This document shows positions 42,982-54,492 of a stretch of DNA of 64,000 nucleotides, one piece after another. Below the pieces are notes generated by a model. It was given only the letters and a program-made list of their open reading frames with translations. It was not told the DNA's origin and searched no databases. Made by a program: the position numbers and the translations under genes. The stretch is from Gammaproteobacteria bacterium (GTDB lineage Bacteria; Pseudomonadota; Gammaproteobacteria; Eutrophobiales; Eutrophobiaceae): the NCBI GenBank assembly GCA_011772965.1, contig WVYN01000050.1, forward strand, positions 155,029-219,028, given 5' to 3'. Each line of letters starts with the position of its first letter. Positions within the stretch are counted from its first letter, which is position 1.

Positions 42982-43572
42982 ATGAGTGATAAAACCCGAG
43001 AACACATATCTGCATTGATGGATGATGAACTGGATAATGGTTCACAGTTTGTCATTAATGCAGTCAAGGATGATGCTGAACACAGGGCAACCTGGCAGCG
43101 TTATCACCTCATCGGCGAAGCCATGCGTGGCAGCTTGCCCGAGAAGATTGATTTGTCGATGAGTGAACGAATCAATGCCACCATCTCCGGTGAAACCGGA
43201 ATGGATAACACCGGAAAACAGACCAAATCAGTTTTCACGAAGCCTGCTGTCGGCTTTGCGATCGCTGCTTCCGTTGCGGTCATGGCAATTCTGGGTGTCA
43301 GGCAAATCGGGGTGGGCCCAAATCCAGCTGGAGTTCCCCAGACCCAGGTAGTCGCATCCAGCCAGGACAGCAAAAGTGTTAGTAATCCCCTGGCGGGCGC
43401 AGCTGTAACGACTGTAACCGTTCATCCTGAAACCCGGATCTATACTCCGCCGGCCGATGCTGAAACTCGGCTAAATCGTTATCTGTTGGATTACAATGAG
43501 TACCGCACCAATGCCGGTGTTCAGGGCATGCTGCCCTATGTCAGAATTGTCACTCATGAAGTGGAACAGTAG
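42982..43572 (+). CDS. rseA: Anti-sigma-E factor RseA/MucA
   Basis: N-terminal sigma-binding domain (HISALMDDELD...TWQRYHLIGEAMRG), central TM segment. ATG 42982 (MSDKTREH) chosen. Confidence 0.8.
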   Translation: MSDKTREHISALMDDELDNGSQFVINAVKDDAEHRATWQRYHLIGEAMRGSLPEKIDLSMSERINATISGETGMDNTGKQTKSVFTKPAVGFAIAASVAVMAILGVRQIGVGPNPAGVPQTQVVASSQDSKSVSNPLAGAAVTTVTVHPETRIYTPPADAETRLNRYLLDYNEYRTNAGVQGMLPYVRIVTHEVEQ

Positions 43573-44554
43573 TCCGGGAAGCAACAGTCCTTCTCCGTGG
43601 GCGGTATACGTCCTGCTGCTGTGTCTGCCGTTCCCTGTCCAGGCAGAAGAAACCTCATCCCGGGCGACCCAACTAATCAACCAGATGTCCCGTGCCAGTA
43701 AGGAGCTGAATTATGATGGCATCTTTGTCTATCGTCGCGGCAATCGCATTGATACTCTCAGACTGATACACAAAAATGATGAGCAGGGTGAAAAAGAGCG
43801 TATGCTCTCTCTCACGGGTCCCGCAAGGGAAGTAATCCGCGACGGTGAGTCCGTTATCTGTATTTTCCCGGATAACCAGGCAGTTATGGTGGAAAGAGGG
43901 CACCCAAAGAAATTGCTTGCCGCCCAGTTGCCGGAACCGGTGGAGACCATTGCCGATCACTATACATTTTCAATAGCAGGGAAAGACCGGGTAGCAGGCC
44001 GAGATGCCTGGGTGATCAACATTGTGCCCAAGGATGATTATCGGTTTGGCTATCAGCTCTGGATTGATGAGCAATTCAGTCTTCTCATGAAATCTGAATT
44101 AAAAGATGGCTCAGGCTGGCCTATTGAACAGATTTTATTTACAAAACTGGATATCCTAGATGAAATTCCAGATAAATTACTGAAACCTGCAATATCCGGT
44201 AAAGATTATACCTGGTATAGCAGCACTGTGGATGCAAAGGTACAGGCGGTTTCTGACAGACAATGGAAAGTTACCTCAATGCCTGCAGGCTTCAGTATGA
44301 GTCAGCATGAAACGCGTGGCGTCGCCAAAAGCGGCATGCCGGTAGAACACATGGTTTACAGCGATGGCCTCGCCATGGTATCCGTGTTTGTCGAAAAAAT
44401 TGAAACCAGGCCTGAAACTTTGAAATCTGCATCCCGGATTGGGGGCGTAAATACCTATGCAATCTATGCTGACGGATATCAGATTACGGCAGTTGGTGAG
44501 GTACCGCAGAAAACCGTACGCTTGTTTGCCGGGTCCGTCCTGCAAAGCAGATAG
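43556..44554 (+). CDS. rseB: Sigma-E regulatory protein RseB/MucB
   Basis: Signal peptide then RseB/MucB-like periplasmic protein. Start at ATG 43556 overlapping the rseA stop, the typical operon junction. Confidence 0.8.
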   Translation: MKWNSSPGSNSPSPWAVYVLLLCLPFPVQAEETSSRATQLINQMSRASKELNYDGIFVYRRGNRIDTLRLIHKNDEQGEKERMLSLTGPAREVIRDGESVICIFPDNQAVMVERGHPKKLLAAQLPEPVETIADHYTFSIAGKDRVAGRDAWVINIVPKDDYRFGYQLWIDEQFSLLMKSELKDGSGWPIEQILFTKLDILDEIPDKLLKPAISGKDYTWYSSTVDAKVQAVSDRQWKVTSMPAGFSMSQHETRGVAKSGMPVEHMVYSDGLAMVSVFVEKIETRPETLKSASRIGGVNTYAIYADGYQITAVGEVPQKTVRLFAGSVLQSR

Positions 44555-44631
44555 CTGGTGTTTTTATTTCCTGCATCTTTCCCCATAGAATTATAATTAA
44601 TCGTGAATCAGCCTGGAGTATTAATAATCCA

Positions 44632-46056
44632 ATGAAGTTTTACCGAAATCTCAATTTATCTGTGTTTGCCGTCCTTTTGTTACTGTCAACATCAGTATTT
44701 GCTTTTTCGCTGCCCGATTTCACACCACTGGTTGAGAAAAATGCCGCGGCTGTGGTTAATATCAGCACCACCCTGAAAAAAACTGACTCGGGTAAAGGAC
44801 TTGAATACCATATGCCGGATATTCCTGAGGACAGTCCGTTTTATGATTTCTTCAGGCGTTTTTTTGATGAAATGCCAGGAGATGGCATGCAGCCTTTCGA
44901 GAAACGTTCTTCCTTGGGGTCAGGATTTATCCTTAGCAAGGACGGTTATGTCATCACCAATAACCATGTGGTCAAAGATGCGGATGAAGTGGTCGTGACC
45001 CTGCAGGACCGCCGTGAATTTATCGCGGAAATGGTGGGAACGGATGGACGCAGCGATATCGCGGTCTTGAAGATAAAAGGCGAAAATCTGCCCACTATCA
45101 AGTTGGGAGATTCAGACGACCTGAAAGTTGGTGAATGGGTGCTGGCCATTGGTTCACCATTTGGTTTTGACCATACAGTGACGGCTGGGATCGTGAGTGC
45201 CATTGGCCGAAGCCTGCCCAATGAAAACTATGTACCATTTATCCAGACCGATGTGGCAATTAACCCGGGTAACTCCGGTGGGCCGTTATTTAATATGGAC
45301 GGCGAGGTCATTGGGGTTAACTCTCAAATTTACAGCCGTACGGGTGGTTTCATGGGCCTTTCATTTGCTGTGCCAATCAATGTTGTCACCAATGTCTATG
45401 AACAATTGAAAACCCAGGGCCACGTTTCACGCGGTTGGCTGGGTGTCCTGATTCAGGATGTCACTCGGGAACTTGCCGAGTCATTTGGCATGAAGCGACC
45501 GCAGGGTGCATTAATTGCGAAAGTTTTATCTGATGGTCCTGCAGAGAAAGCAGGTCTGGAAGTCGGTGACATCGTTTTGAAATTTGATGGCCAGGAGGTT
45601 CGTTATTCATCCGATCTGCCTCCTCTGGTTGGCAGCAGCAAGGTGGGAGAGCGCATACCGCTTGAGATCATCCGCCGGGGTAAATCAAAAACCCTGTATG
45701 TTGTCATTGCAGAATTGCCCAATGAAAAAGACATCGTGATAGCAGATAGCGGCAAAGACAACATCACACGTTCCAATGCCCTGAACATCATCGTTACAAA
45801 CCTGACTGATGAGCAACGCGAAGACCTTGGCATCGAAGATCATGGTGTACTGGTTGCTGAGGTCAGGGACGGGCCGGGAAAGAAAGCCGGAATCAGACGT
45901 GGTGATGTGGTACTTCTGATTAATAATGTCAAAGTTAATTCGTCAGAGCATTTTTCCAAGCTGGTCAAGGAACTGCCAAGAGATAAATCTATCCCTATAC
46001 TTTTGCAACGGCGGGGTGGACCAATTTTTATTGCCCTTAAATTGTCCAACGACTAG
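44632..46056 (+). CDS. Periplasmic serine endoprotease, DegP/DegQ/MucD (HtrA) family, two PDZ domains
   Basis: Signal peptide, catalytic triad context (TNNHVV, DIAVLKI, GNSGGPL), two PDZ-like C-terminal domains. Confidence 0.9.
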   Translation: MKFYRNLNLSVFAVLLLLSTSVFAFSLPDFTPLVEKNAAAVVNISTTLKKTDSGKGLEYHMPDIPEDSPFYDFFRRFFDEMPGDGMQPFEKRSSLGSGFILSKDGYVITNNHVVKDADEVVVTLQDRREFIAEMVGTDGRSDIAVLKIKGENLPTIKLGDSDDLKVGEWVLAIGSPFGFDHTVTAGIVSAIGRSLPNENYVPFIQTDVAINPGNSGGPLFNMDGEVIGVNSQIYSRTGGFMGLSFAVPINVVTNVYEQLKTQGHVSRGWLGVLIQDVTRELAESFGMKRPQGALIAKVLSDGPAEKAGLEVGDIVLKFDGQEVRYSSDLPPLVGSSKVGERIPLEIIRRGKSKTLYVVIAELPNEKDIVIADSGKDNITRSNALNIIVTNLTDEQREDLGIEDHGVLVAEVRDGPGKKAGIRRGDVVLLINNVKVNSSEHFSKLVKELPRDKSIPILLQRRGGPIFIALKLSND

Positions 46057-46319
46057 TGACAGCCCGGTTAATCCTCTATACCAGGCAAGGCTGTCATTTA
46101 TGCGATGATTTACTTGATCAACTAGCCAGCCTGCCTTGCGAGGAACAGCTTGCAATTGAATTGGTCGATATTGATTCAGACCCGGAAATCCAGCGCCTCT
46201 ATGCCCGACGTATCCCCGTCCTGCTTGATGCAGTCACCGGTGAATTGTTATCCGAATACAGGCTCGACCGTAACAGGGTTCTGATACACCTCGGAATTGG
46301 GTCTTCCCCGGACAAATAA
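46056..46319 (+). CDS. Glutaredoxin-like small protein (DUF836/thioredoxin fold, CxxC = CHLC)
   Basis: 87 aa with YTRQGCHLCDD near the N-terminus and a thioredoxin-fold pattern. Confidence 0.55.
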   Translation: MTARLILYTRQGCHLCDDLLDQLASLPCEEQLAIELVDIDSDPEIQRLYARRIPVLLDAVTGELLSEYRLDRNRVLIHLGIGSSPDK

Positions 46320-46425
46320 AAATCAGACCAAGTTGTCCATCTAGTACAGGATAGGCTAGAATCGCGCGCTATTCAGGTGCACACGCCAACTGCCTCATAT
46401 TTACACCGGGAACCGTTTACCATTT

Positions 46426-48222
46426 ATGGAACAAATCAGAAATTTTTCAATCATTGCGCACATTGATCACGGTAAGTCGACCCTGGCAGACCGGTTTATT
46501 CAGTTATGCGGCGCACTGACTGATCGGGAGATGTCTGAGCAGGTGCTGGACTCCATGGACCTGGAGCGGGAACGTGGCATTACTATCAAGGCACAGAGTG
46601 TCACATTGCCATACAAGGCTAGGGACGGTAAAACCTATAAACTCAATATCATTGATACCCCCGGGCATGTTGACTTCAGCTATGAAGTTTCCCGTTCCCT
46701 CGCCGCCTGTGAGGGTGCCCTGCTGATCGTGGATGCGGCGCAGGGAGTCGAGGCCCAGAGTGTGGCTAATTGCCTGACGGCCATCAATCTTAACCTTGAA
46801 GTCCTGCCGGTGCTGAACAAGATCGACCTGCCTTCAGCAGAACCCGAGCGGGTGTTGCAGGAAATCGAGGAGATTATCGGCTTGCCTGCAGACAACACAA
46901 TTCAAATCAGTGCCAAGACCGGACAGGGTGTTGAAGACTTACTGGAACAAATCGTGGCCACAATACCACCACCCAGAGGTAATAAGGATGCTCCCCTGAA
47001 GGCGCTGATCATCGATTCATGGTTTGATAATTACCTGGGTGTGGTATCACTGGTGAAAGTGGTCGATGGATCCCTTGAGCCAGGTAAAAAAATGCGTGTT
47101 ATGTCGACTGGACGTGATTGGTTGGTCGATGAGGTTGGGGTATTTACACCCAAACGCAAGAAATGTGAGCAGCTGGGAACGGGTGATGTTGGCTATGTAA
47201 TCGCCGGGATAAAGAATATCAATGGTGCCCCGGTCGGGGATACCTTGACACTGTCAGAGCGGTCAGCAGAAAAGCCTTTATCAGGGTTCCAGTCAGTACA
47301 ACCACGGGTATTCTCCGGCCTTTATCCCGTAGATTCCTCGGACTATGAGGCGTTTCGTGAAGCCTTGTCAAAACTCAAATTGAATGATTCAGCATTGCAT
47401 TACGAACCGGAAACTTCCCAGGCCCTGGGATTTGGCTTTCGTTGCGGTTTTCTTGGCATGCTGCATATGGAAATTATCCAGGAACGCCTGGAGCGTGAGT
47501 ATGATCTGAACCTGATTACTACAGCACCAACGGTGGTATATGAGGTTAAGACAACAGCAGGCGAAGTGATTAATGTTGATAATCCCTCCAAGCTGCCACC
47601 AATGGACAAGATTAACGAGATTAGGGAACCCATCATTTACGCTGACATTCTTCTGCCCGCAGACTATCTGGGCAATGTAATAGCACTATGCATCGAAAAA
47701 CGTGGTATACAAAAAAAACTTCAGTATCTTGGTAATCAGATTTCACTGGGTTTTGAAATGCCACTGAATGAAGTAGTCCTGGATTTTTTTGACAGACTCA
47801 AATCTGCCAGCCGGGGCTATGCATCATTTGATTATCATTTTATTGGATTCAAGGCGTCGAATCTTGTCAAACTCGATATCCTGATTAATGGCGAGTGCGT
47901 CGACGCACTCTCCTGTATCGTTCATCGATCGCTGGCCGATGTTCGTGGACGAGAACTCGTGGAGAAAATGAAAGAATTTATCCCCAGACAAATGTATGAG
48001 GTCGCTGTACAGGCTGCCATTGGATCAAAGATAGTGGCCAGACAGACAGTAAAAGCGCTGCGTAAAAATGTAACTGCGAAGTGTTATGGCGGAGATATCA
48101 CACGAAAACGCAAATTACTGGAAAAACAAAAAGCCGGTAAGAAACGAATGAAACAATTCGGTTCCATTGAATTACCACAGGAAGCATTTATGGCAATACT
48201 GCATGTGGGGAAAGATTCGTGA
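46426..48222 (+). CDS. lepA: Elongation factor 4
   Basis: 598 aa with GTPase G1-G4 motifs ([18 protein letters not shown]) and LepA-specific C-terminal domain. Confidence 0.95.
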   Translation: MEQIRNFSIIAHIDHGKSTLADRFIQLCGALTDREMSEQVLDSMDLERERGITIKAQSVTLPYKARDGKTYKLNIIDTPGHVDFSYEVSRSLAACEGALLIVDAAQGVEAQSVANCLTAINLNLEVLPVLNKIDLPSAEPERVLQEIEEIIGLPADNTIQISAKTGQGVEDLLEQIVATIPPPRGNKDAPLKALIIDSWFDNYLGVVSLVKVVDGSLEPGKKMRVMSTGRDWLVDEVGVFTPKRKKCEQLGTGDVGYVIAGIKNINGAPVGDTLTLSERSAEKPLSGFQSVQPRVFSGLYPVDSSDYEAFREALSKLKLNDSALHYEPETSQALGFGFRCGFLGMLHMEIIQERLEREYDLNLITTAPTVVYEVKTTAGEVINVDNPSKLPPMDKINEIREPIIYADILLPADYLGNVIALCIEKRGIQKKLQYLGNQISLGFEMPLNEVVLDFFDRLKSASRGYASFDYHFIGFKASNLVKLDILINGECVDALSCIVHRSLADVRGRELVEKMKEFIPRQMYEVAVQAAIGSKIVARQTVKALRKNVTAKCYGGDITRKRKLLEKQKAGKKRMKQFGSIELPQEAFMAILHVGKDS

Positions 48223-49013
48223 ACTTTGATTTTGCTGCAGTACTCGTTTTACTGACATTCGCCAGTGGATTAATCTGGCTCGTTGACGCTCTTGTGTTTG
48301 CTAAAAAAAGGGCCAGACAGCAGGAGAATGGTGTCGAAGAAAAAGCAAACGAACCTGTAATTGTTGATTATGCGCGATCTTTCTTTCCCATTTTCCTGCT
48401 TGTCCTAATCCTGCGTTCTTTTATTGCAGAACCATTTCGAATTCCATCGGCCTCGATGATGCCGACCTTGTTGATAGGGGATTTTATACTGGTAAATAAA
48501 TACGAGTACGGTATCCGCTTGCCGGTTCTGGATCAAAAAGTGATTGATTACGAAACACCTGAAAGAGGCGATATTATAGTTTTTCGCTATCCGGAAAATC
48601 CGGATATTCCCTATATCAAACGAGTTGTCGGTGTGCCCGGCGATCATCTGCTTTATCGTGATAAGGTTCTCTATATTAATGAAGAGCCTATGTCACAAAG
48701 GGTGCTTGGGCGCTATGATGCTGTTGGTTCTGGTAGAGTCATGAATGGCGTAACTTTACTGGAAGAAGAACTTGGAGATGTTGAGCACTTGATTTTAATT
48801 GACCCTGACGATTACTCCCGAACAGTCGAGGCCATAGTGCCACTCGGGCATTATTTTGTCATGGGTGATAACCGCGATAATAGCAAGGACAGTAGATTCT
48901 GGGGTTTTGTCCCGGATGAGAATCTTATGGGCAGGGCCTTTATGATCTGGATGAATTGGGACAGCAGAAATGGTGGTATTGACTGGAAAAGAATTGGTAC
49001 GATACTACACTAA
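48219..49013 (+). CDS. lepB: Signal peptidase I
   Basis: Box motifs [10 protein letters not shown] (catalytic Ser), VNKYEYGIR.., [16 protein letters not shown]. Confidence 0.9.
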   Translation: MNFDFAAVLVLLTFASGLIWLVDALVFAKKRARQQENGVEEKANEPVIVDYARSFFPIFLLVLILRSFIAEPFRIPSASMMPTLLIGDFILVNKYEYGIRLPVLDQKVIDYETPERGDIIVFRYPENPDIPYIKRVVGVPGDHLLYRDKVLYINEEPMSQRVLGRYDAVGSGRVMNGVTLLEEELGDVEHLILIDPDDYSRTVEAIVPLGHYFVMGDNRDNSKDSRFWGFVPDENLMGRAFMIWMNWDSRNGGIDWKRIGTILH

Positions 49014-49044
49014 TATCAATCAACTAATTTCAAAAGGCAAGATC

Positions 49045-49458
49045 ATGAAAAATATGCTTAATAACCAACGTGGGGTAACATTCATTGGCTGGGTTATTAT
49101 TCTGGCCCTGATTGGATTTTTTGTACTGCTGACCTTGCGGCTGATCCCCTTATATAATGAAAAAATGGGTGTGATAACGGCCATGAATGCTGTTGCCGAT
49201 CGAACAGACTCAGGGAAACTATCTGCTTTTGAAGTGCGGAAGTATTTTCTAAGAAATGCAGACATCAATGGGATTAGACGCTTCATGGATCGGAATGTAC
49301 GCGAACATGTCACCATAGAACCAGGTCCTAAAAGAGGTGATCCAAAACGTATGCGGGTCCAGTATGAGTCCAGAAACAAGTTTCTCTATGACCTCGAATT
49401 TGTCCTGGTTTTTGATCGCTCCGTGCCTTTGACCGGTGAGGGGACCGGTGAAAACTGA
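49045..49458 (+). CDS. DUF4845 domain membrane protein (conserved lepB-rnc spacer gene)
   Basis: N-terminal TM then small periplasmic domain. Same position as the hypothetical gene between lepB and rnc in pseudomonads. Start at ATG 49045 with AAGG SD. Confidence 0.55.
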   Translation: MKNMLNNQRGVTFIGWVIILALIGFFVLLTLRLIPLYNEKMGVITAMNAVADRTDSGKLSAFEVRKYFLRNADINGIRRFMDRNVREHVTIEPGPKRGDPKRMRVQYESRNKFLYDLEFVLVFDRSVPLTGEGTGEN

Positions 49459-50128
49459 CCAGGTCACCAGGCTTGAAACCTGTCTTGATTATCATTTTAA
49501 AAATAAATCATTTCTGGAAGAGGCACTGACACATCGTAGTATTGGACAGGTAAACAACGAAAGACTCGAATATTTGGGCGACGCTCTACTGGGCTTCATA
49601 ATTGCCGAGGCTCTATATAAACTATATCCCGATACCAGTGAAGGAGAATTGACCAGACTGCGATCGGTTCTGGTCAAGGGTGACACCCTTGCCAAACTAG
49701 CCAGACAATTAGACCTCGGAAATTACATCAAGCTAGGTACCAGCGAATTGAAGTCCGGGGGATGGCGCAGAAAGTCTATTTTGGCAAATGCAATGGAGGC
49801 GTTGATTGGTGCAATTTATCTGGATTCCAGCCTTGAATCCTGTCGCAAAACAGTGCTTACGTTATATCAAGACCTGTTAAGACAGCATACCCCTGATAAT
49901 CTGGTAAAGGATCCCAAGACTCGCTTACAGGAACTGTTACAGTCAAGACAACTCCCACTACCGAAATATACAATAATTAAAGAAGAGGGTGAGGCGCATC
50001 AAAAAGTATTCACCGTGCGCTGTAATATTCCTGAAGTAGATATCTCAGTGCAATCAGATGGCTTCAGTAAACGGAATGCAGAACAATCCGCTGCACAGAT
50101 TGCGCTGGAACAGCTGAATTTCTCCTGA
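49436..50128 (+). CDS. rnc: Ribonuclease III
   Basis: RNase III signature ERLEYLGDALLG and C-terminal dsRBD. Confidence 0.9.
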   Translation: MRGPVKTDQVTRLETCLDYHFKNKSFLEEALTHRSIGQVNNERLEYLGDALLGFIIAEALYKLYPDTSEGELTRLRSVLVKGDTLAKLARQLDLGNYIKLGTSELKSGGWRRKSILANAMEALIGAIYLDSSLESCRKTVLTLYQDLLRQHTPDNLVKDPKTRLQELLQSRQLPLPKYTIIKEEGEAHQKVFTVRCNIPEVDISVQSDGFSKRNAEQSAAQIALEQLNFS

Positions 50129-50142
50129 CGCCGAACGAAAAA

Positions 50143-51030
50143 ATGTTAGAGCACTGTGGTTTTGTGACGCTTGTAGGCCGTTCCAATGTGGGCAAATCTA
50201 CCTTGTTGAACCGATTAATTGGCCAGAAGATTAGTATCACTTCACGTAAACCACAAACAACACGCTCACATTTACTGGGAATAAAATCTAATGACAATTC
50301 CCAGATACTTTATATTGATACGCCTGGTTTACAGAAAAAATCTTCCAACCTAATAAGTCGTTACATGAACCGGGAGATATTCAATGCACTTGTGGATGTA
50401 GATGTGGTTGTTCATGTCATAGAGGCCATGAAATGGAAGCAAACTGATCATGAAATTATGACGCGAATTCAAAATACTGGAAAGCCACTGATTCTCGCTA
50501 TTAATAAAATAGATAAAATTGATCAAAAGTCTGATTTATTGACATTCATCGGTAAAATTGAAGCAGCAAGCAATTATGTTGATATCATCCCGCTTTCAGC
50601 TAAAACAGGAAAAAATATAGATTTGCTGGAGGCGCAGATCACCAGGCAATTGCCCCCGGGGGAAAAACAATATCCGGACGATCAAATCAGTAACCGCAAC
50701 GAGCGTTATTTCGCAGCTGAATTTATAAGGGAAAAATTGACACGGCAACTTGGTGACGAGGTCCCATATAATATTTCGGTCGTGATTGATCAATTTAGCG
50801 AGGATGAAAGAATCATTACTATTCATGCAACCATCTGGGTAGCAACATCCGGACAAAAAAGAATAGTGATAGGAAAAGATGGCGAAATTCTCAAAAAGAT
50901 CGGCATTCAAGCCAGGAAGGATATGGAACAAATGTTCGGCAAAAAAGTTTTTCTTGAGACTTGGGTAAAAATCAAGAAAAAATGGATCACAAACCCAAGT
51001 GCATTAAAGCAGTTTGGCTATGAAAATTGA
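50143..51030 (+). CDS. era: GTPase Era
   Basis: GRSNVGKSTLLN, DTPG, NKID motifs plus C-terminal KH domain. Confidence 0.95.
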   Translation: MLEHCGFVTLVGRSNVGKSTLLNRLIGQKISITSRKPQTTRSHLLGIKSNDNSQILYIDTPGLQKKSSNLISRYMNREIFNALVDVDVVVHVIEAMKWKQTDHEIMTRIQNTGKPLILAINKIDKIDQKSDLLTFIGKIEAASNYVDIIPLSAKTGKNIDLLEAQITRQLPPGEKQYPDDQISNRNERYFAAEFIREKLTRQLGDEVPYNISVVIDQFSEDERIITIHATIWVATSGQKRIVIGKDGEILKKIGIQARKDMEQMFGKKVFLETWVKIKKKWITNPSALKQFGYEN

Positions 51031-51739
51031 ACTTAGTCCATCATTCATATTGCATCGGCGGCTCTACCGGGAGACCAGTCTGTTGCTTGATGTCTTCTCA
51101 AGAGAACATGGCAGAATCAGCCTTGTTGCAAATGGTGTTAGGAAAAAAAGCAGTAATAAGTCTGAATTATTGCAGATCCATCAGCCATTACTGCTGACAT
51201 GGAGCGGGAAAGGTGAATTAATGAATCTCGTTGCAGTGGAAGCAGATGGCTTGGCCTATCGTCTTGCTGGAAACTGGTTGATTGCAGGGTTTTATATCAA
51301 TGAGCTTATTATCAGGTTATTACATTCACATGAGGCCCATCCTGAATTGTTTGATATATACAGGCAGACACTTGAATCATTAAGTAACCATGAAATGAGT
51401 GAACAGGTAATTTTGAGAGTATTCGAGAAAAGATTGATGGAGTCTGTGGGTTATGGCATGAGTATTGTACATGAAGCAGGTTCGGTGAAAGATATCGAAC
51501 CGGGAATAATTTATTATTACCAGACTGAAAAGGGTGCTTCAAGTTCGGTGCCGGCTATGGGAGATTATATAAAGGTCAGTGGTAATGCGCTCATATCCCT
51601 TGCGAATGAAAGTTTCGAGACACAAGAGGTATTGACTGAAATCAAGAAACTGATGCGATATGTATTAAACAAGCATCTTGACGGAAAACAATTGGCAAGC
51701 AGAAATCTCTATAAATCGTTCATTAACCAGTCCAGATAA
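51014..51739 (+). CDS. recO: DNA repair protein RecO
   Basis: 241 aa. Position between era and pdxJ, with an N-terminal OB-fold pattern. Confidence 0.8.
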   Translation: MAMKIELSPSFILHRRLYRETSLLLDVFSREHGRISLVANGVRKKSSNKSELLQIHQPLLLTWSGKGELMNLVAVEADGLAYRLAGNWLIAGFYINELIIRLLHSHEAHPELFDIYRQTLESLSNHEMSEQVILRVFEKRLMESVGYGMSIVHEAGSVKDIEPGIIYYYQTEKGASSSVPAMGDYIKVSGNALISLANESFETQEVLTEIKKLMRYVLNKHLDGKQLASRNLYKSFINQSR

Positions 51740-51747
51740 TCATTATC

Positions 51748-52485
51748 GTGAGTAAAAAAAAGATATTACTTGGTGTCAATATTGATCATGTTGCAACTTT
51801 GCGGCAGGCCAGGCTTACCAGCTACCCTGATCCTGTTGCAGCTGCCTTGCTTGCAGAAAAAGCCGGAGCTGATTCAATTACACTTCATTTACGTGAGGAT
51901 CGAAGGCATATTCAGGACGATGACTTGTTCAGGCTGAAAACTGTCATGCAAACCGGCATGAATCTGGAAATGGCAGTAACTGATAAAATGATCTCAATAG
52001 CAGAAAAAGTCAAGCCAGAGTATTGTTGCTTGGTTCCTGAAAAGCGCCAGGAATTAACTACAGAAGGTGGGCTGGATGTTGCAGGTAATAAGAAAACTAT
52101 ATCTAGGAAAATTCAAGAGCTTCATGATGCAGGAATCCGGGTTTCACTTTTCATTGATGCTGATGAAAGACAAATTCTGGCTGCAGCAGAGGTTGGAGCA
52201 AAGGTAATTGAAATCCATACCGGTCATTATGCAAATGCCCTCGATCAATTCGAAATTCAACTACAGTTGCAGCGAATCATCAAGTCAACGGAACTGGCCT
52301 CGACATATGGACTTCAGGTCAATGCAGGGCATGGCCTGACTATTAATAACGTATCCGGAATTGCAGCAATAGATGATATTGTTGAGTTGAACATCGGACA
52401 TAGTATCATTGCCCGTTCTGTATTTCTGGGTATTGAAAACGCAGTAAGGGAAATCAAAACTATTATGTTAAAAGCCCGCTCATGA
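51748..52485 (+). CDS. pdxJ: Pyridoxine 5'-phosphate synthase
   Basis: [28 protein letters not shown] motifs; 245 aa. Confidence 0.9.
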   Translation: MSKKKILLGVNIDHVATLRQARLTSYPDPVAAALLAEKAGADSITLHLREDRRHIQDDDLFRLKTVMQTGMNLEMAVTDKMISIAEKVKPEYCCLVPEKRQELTTEGGLDVAGNKKTISRKIQELHDAGIRVSLFIDADERQILAAAEVGAKVIEIHTGHYANALDQFEIQLQLQRIIKSTELASTYGLQVNAGHGLTINNVSGIAAIDDIVELNIGHSIIARSVFLGIENAVREIKTIMLKARS

Positions 52486-52862
52486 TCCAAGGTATTGGCA
52501 TTGATATTGTCTCTGTGATCCGTATGGAGGAAAATCTGTCACGCCATGGTCATAAATTTCCTGAAAAAATATTGTCAGATTCAGAGCTCGGGGAATATAA
52601 ATTATGCAATATCCCCGCACATTTTCTTGCCAAGCGTTTTGCTGCCAAGGAAGCACTTGTGAAGGCACTCGGGACCGGATTCAGGGATGGGATATTTCTT
52701 AAGCATATCAGTGTCACACATGATCCAGATGGATGCCCAAAACTGCTCTTTATCGGCAAGCTCAGGGAAGTCATCCAGTCTAGAATGATCAGTAGCCACT
52801 TGAGCCTTTCAGATGAAAAGGACTATGCCTGTGCCGTTGTTGTCCTGGAATCAAGACCTTAA
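52482..52862 (+). CDS. acpS: Holo-[acyl-carrier-protein] synthase
   Basis: 126 aa, GIGIDIV start and [14 protein letters not shown] motif. Confidence 0.85.
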   Translation: MIQGIGIDIVSVIRMEENLSRHGHKFPEKILSDSELGEYKLCNIPAHFLAKRFAAKEALVKALGTGFRDGIFLKHISVTHDPDGCPKLLFIGKLREVIQSRMISSHLSLSDEKDYACAVVVLESRP

Positions 52863-52895
52863 AAAAATAATCAAATACTGACTCACCATTTTTTT

Positions 52896-54476
52896 ATGCC
52901 GGATTTATCCAAAGAAATCGAAAGACGCCGGACTTTTGCCATCATTTCCCACCCTGATGCAGGCAAGACCACTGTCACCGAGCAGCTGTTACTATATGGC
53001 GGGGCTATCCAGATGGCCGGTACTGTTAAAGCCCGAAAATCCTCACGTCATGCCACTTCTGACTGGATGAAAATGGAGAAAGAAAGAGGCATTTCCATTA
53101 CCAGTTCGGTTATGCAGTTCCTTTATAACAACAAGGTTATTAATCTACTCGATACACCGGGGCATGCTGATTTTTCCGAGGATACCTATCGGACATTGAC
53201 TGCTGTAGATTCAGCATTAATGGTGATCGATGTCGCCAAAGGTGTTGAGGATCGCACTAGAAAACTAATGGAAGTGTGTCGGTTACGCAATACTCCTATC
53301 ATAACGTTCATTAATAAACTGGATCGTGAAGGGAAAGAGGCAATAGAACTACTCGACGAAATTGAATCGGAGTTGGAAATCAATTGCGTACCGATAACAT
53401 GGCCAATCGGCATGGGTAGTCGGTTACAGGGAATTTACCACCTGGCAAATAATTATCTCAGAAAGTATGACAAGCATAGAGATAATCATGGAAAGGAAAT
53501 AATCAAGGATTTTCTGGCTGCTGATATGGGACCAGAATTGAATTCTATCCGTGATCAATTGGCTGAAGAAATAGAACTGGTTCAGGGTGCATGTGAAATA
53601 TTCGACAAGTCACGCTTTCTGGATGGCCGACAAACGCTGGTATTTTTCGGATCGGCACTACAAAATTTCGGCATTGCTGAGTTTCTGGATTGCCTGACAG
53701 AGTACGCGCCAGGCCCTGTGCACAGGGAAACTCTCGAGAGACTTGTGGAGCCGAACGAAGAAAAATTTACCGGCTTCGTGTTCAAGATTCAGGCAAACAT
53801 GGACCCTGCACACAGGGACCGGATTGCTTTCCTCAGGATTTGTTCTGGTAAATTTCAGCAGGGAATGAAAATGTATCATGTGCGGATTGGCAAGGAGATA
53901 CAACCGTCGAACGTGCTGACATTCATGGCGGGTCAACGTGAACATACGGAGCAGGCATGGCCGGGCGATATTATTGGTTTGCATAATCATGGCACAATCC
54001 AGGTCGGCGATTCTTTTACTCAGGGAGAAAAACTTTCTTTCACTGGAATACCTTTCTTTGCACCGGAATTATTCAGAAGAGTACGTTTACAGGACCCGTT
54101 AAAATCCAAGGCGTTGTTGAAGGGCCTGATTCAATTGGGAGAGGAGGGAGCCACCCAGGTTTTCCGTCCACTAAACACTAATGACCTGATACTGGGAGCT
54201 GTTGGAATCCTTCAGTTTGATGTCGTTGCCTGGCGTTTGCATGAAGAATATGGTGTTAAATGCAGTTACGAAAATGTGCCTGTTGCCACAGTACGCTGGA
54301 TTGAGTCAAAGGATCTGAAACAACTGAAGGAATTCAAGGAAAAGGCAATCAATAACCTGGCGCTCGACGGTGGTGAGCGGCTAACTTATCTGGCACCTTC
54401 CATGGTCAATCTGAACTTAACTATGGAACGTTGGCCGGATATCACTTTCTCTGCAACACGCGAACACTCTATCTAG
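52896..54476 (+). CDS. prfC: Peptide chain release factor 3
   Basis: [29 protein letters not shown] GTPase motifs; 526 aa. Confidence 0.95.
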   Translation: MPDLSKEIERRRTFAIISHPDAGKTTVTEQLLLYGGAIQMAGTVKARKSSRHATSDWMKMEKERGISITSSVMQFLYNNKVINLLDTPGHADFSEDTYRTLTAVDSALMVIDVAKGVEDRTRKLMEVCRLRNTPIITFINKLDREGKEAIELLDEIESELEINCVPITWPIGMGSRLQGIYHLANNYLRKYDKHRDNHGKEIIKDFLAADMGPELNSIRDQLAEEIELVQGACEIFDKSRFLDGRQTLVFFGSALQNFGIAEFLDCLTEYAPGPVHRETLERLVEPNEEKFTGFVFKIQANMDPAHRDRIAFLRICSGKFQQGMKMYHVRIGKEIQPSNVLTFMAGQREHTEQAWPGDIIGLHNHGTIQVGDSFTQGEKLSFTGIPFFAPELFRRVRLQDPLKSKALLKGLIQLGEEGATQVFRPLNTNDLILGAVGILQFDVVAWRLHEEYGVKCSYENVPVATVRWIESKDLKQLKEFKEKAINNLALDGGERLTYLAPSMVNLNLTMERWPDITFSATREHSI

Positions 54477-54492
54477 CAATCAGTAAGAGAGA

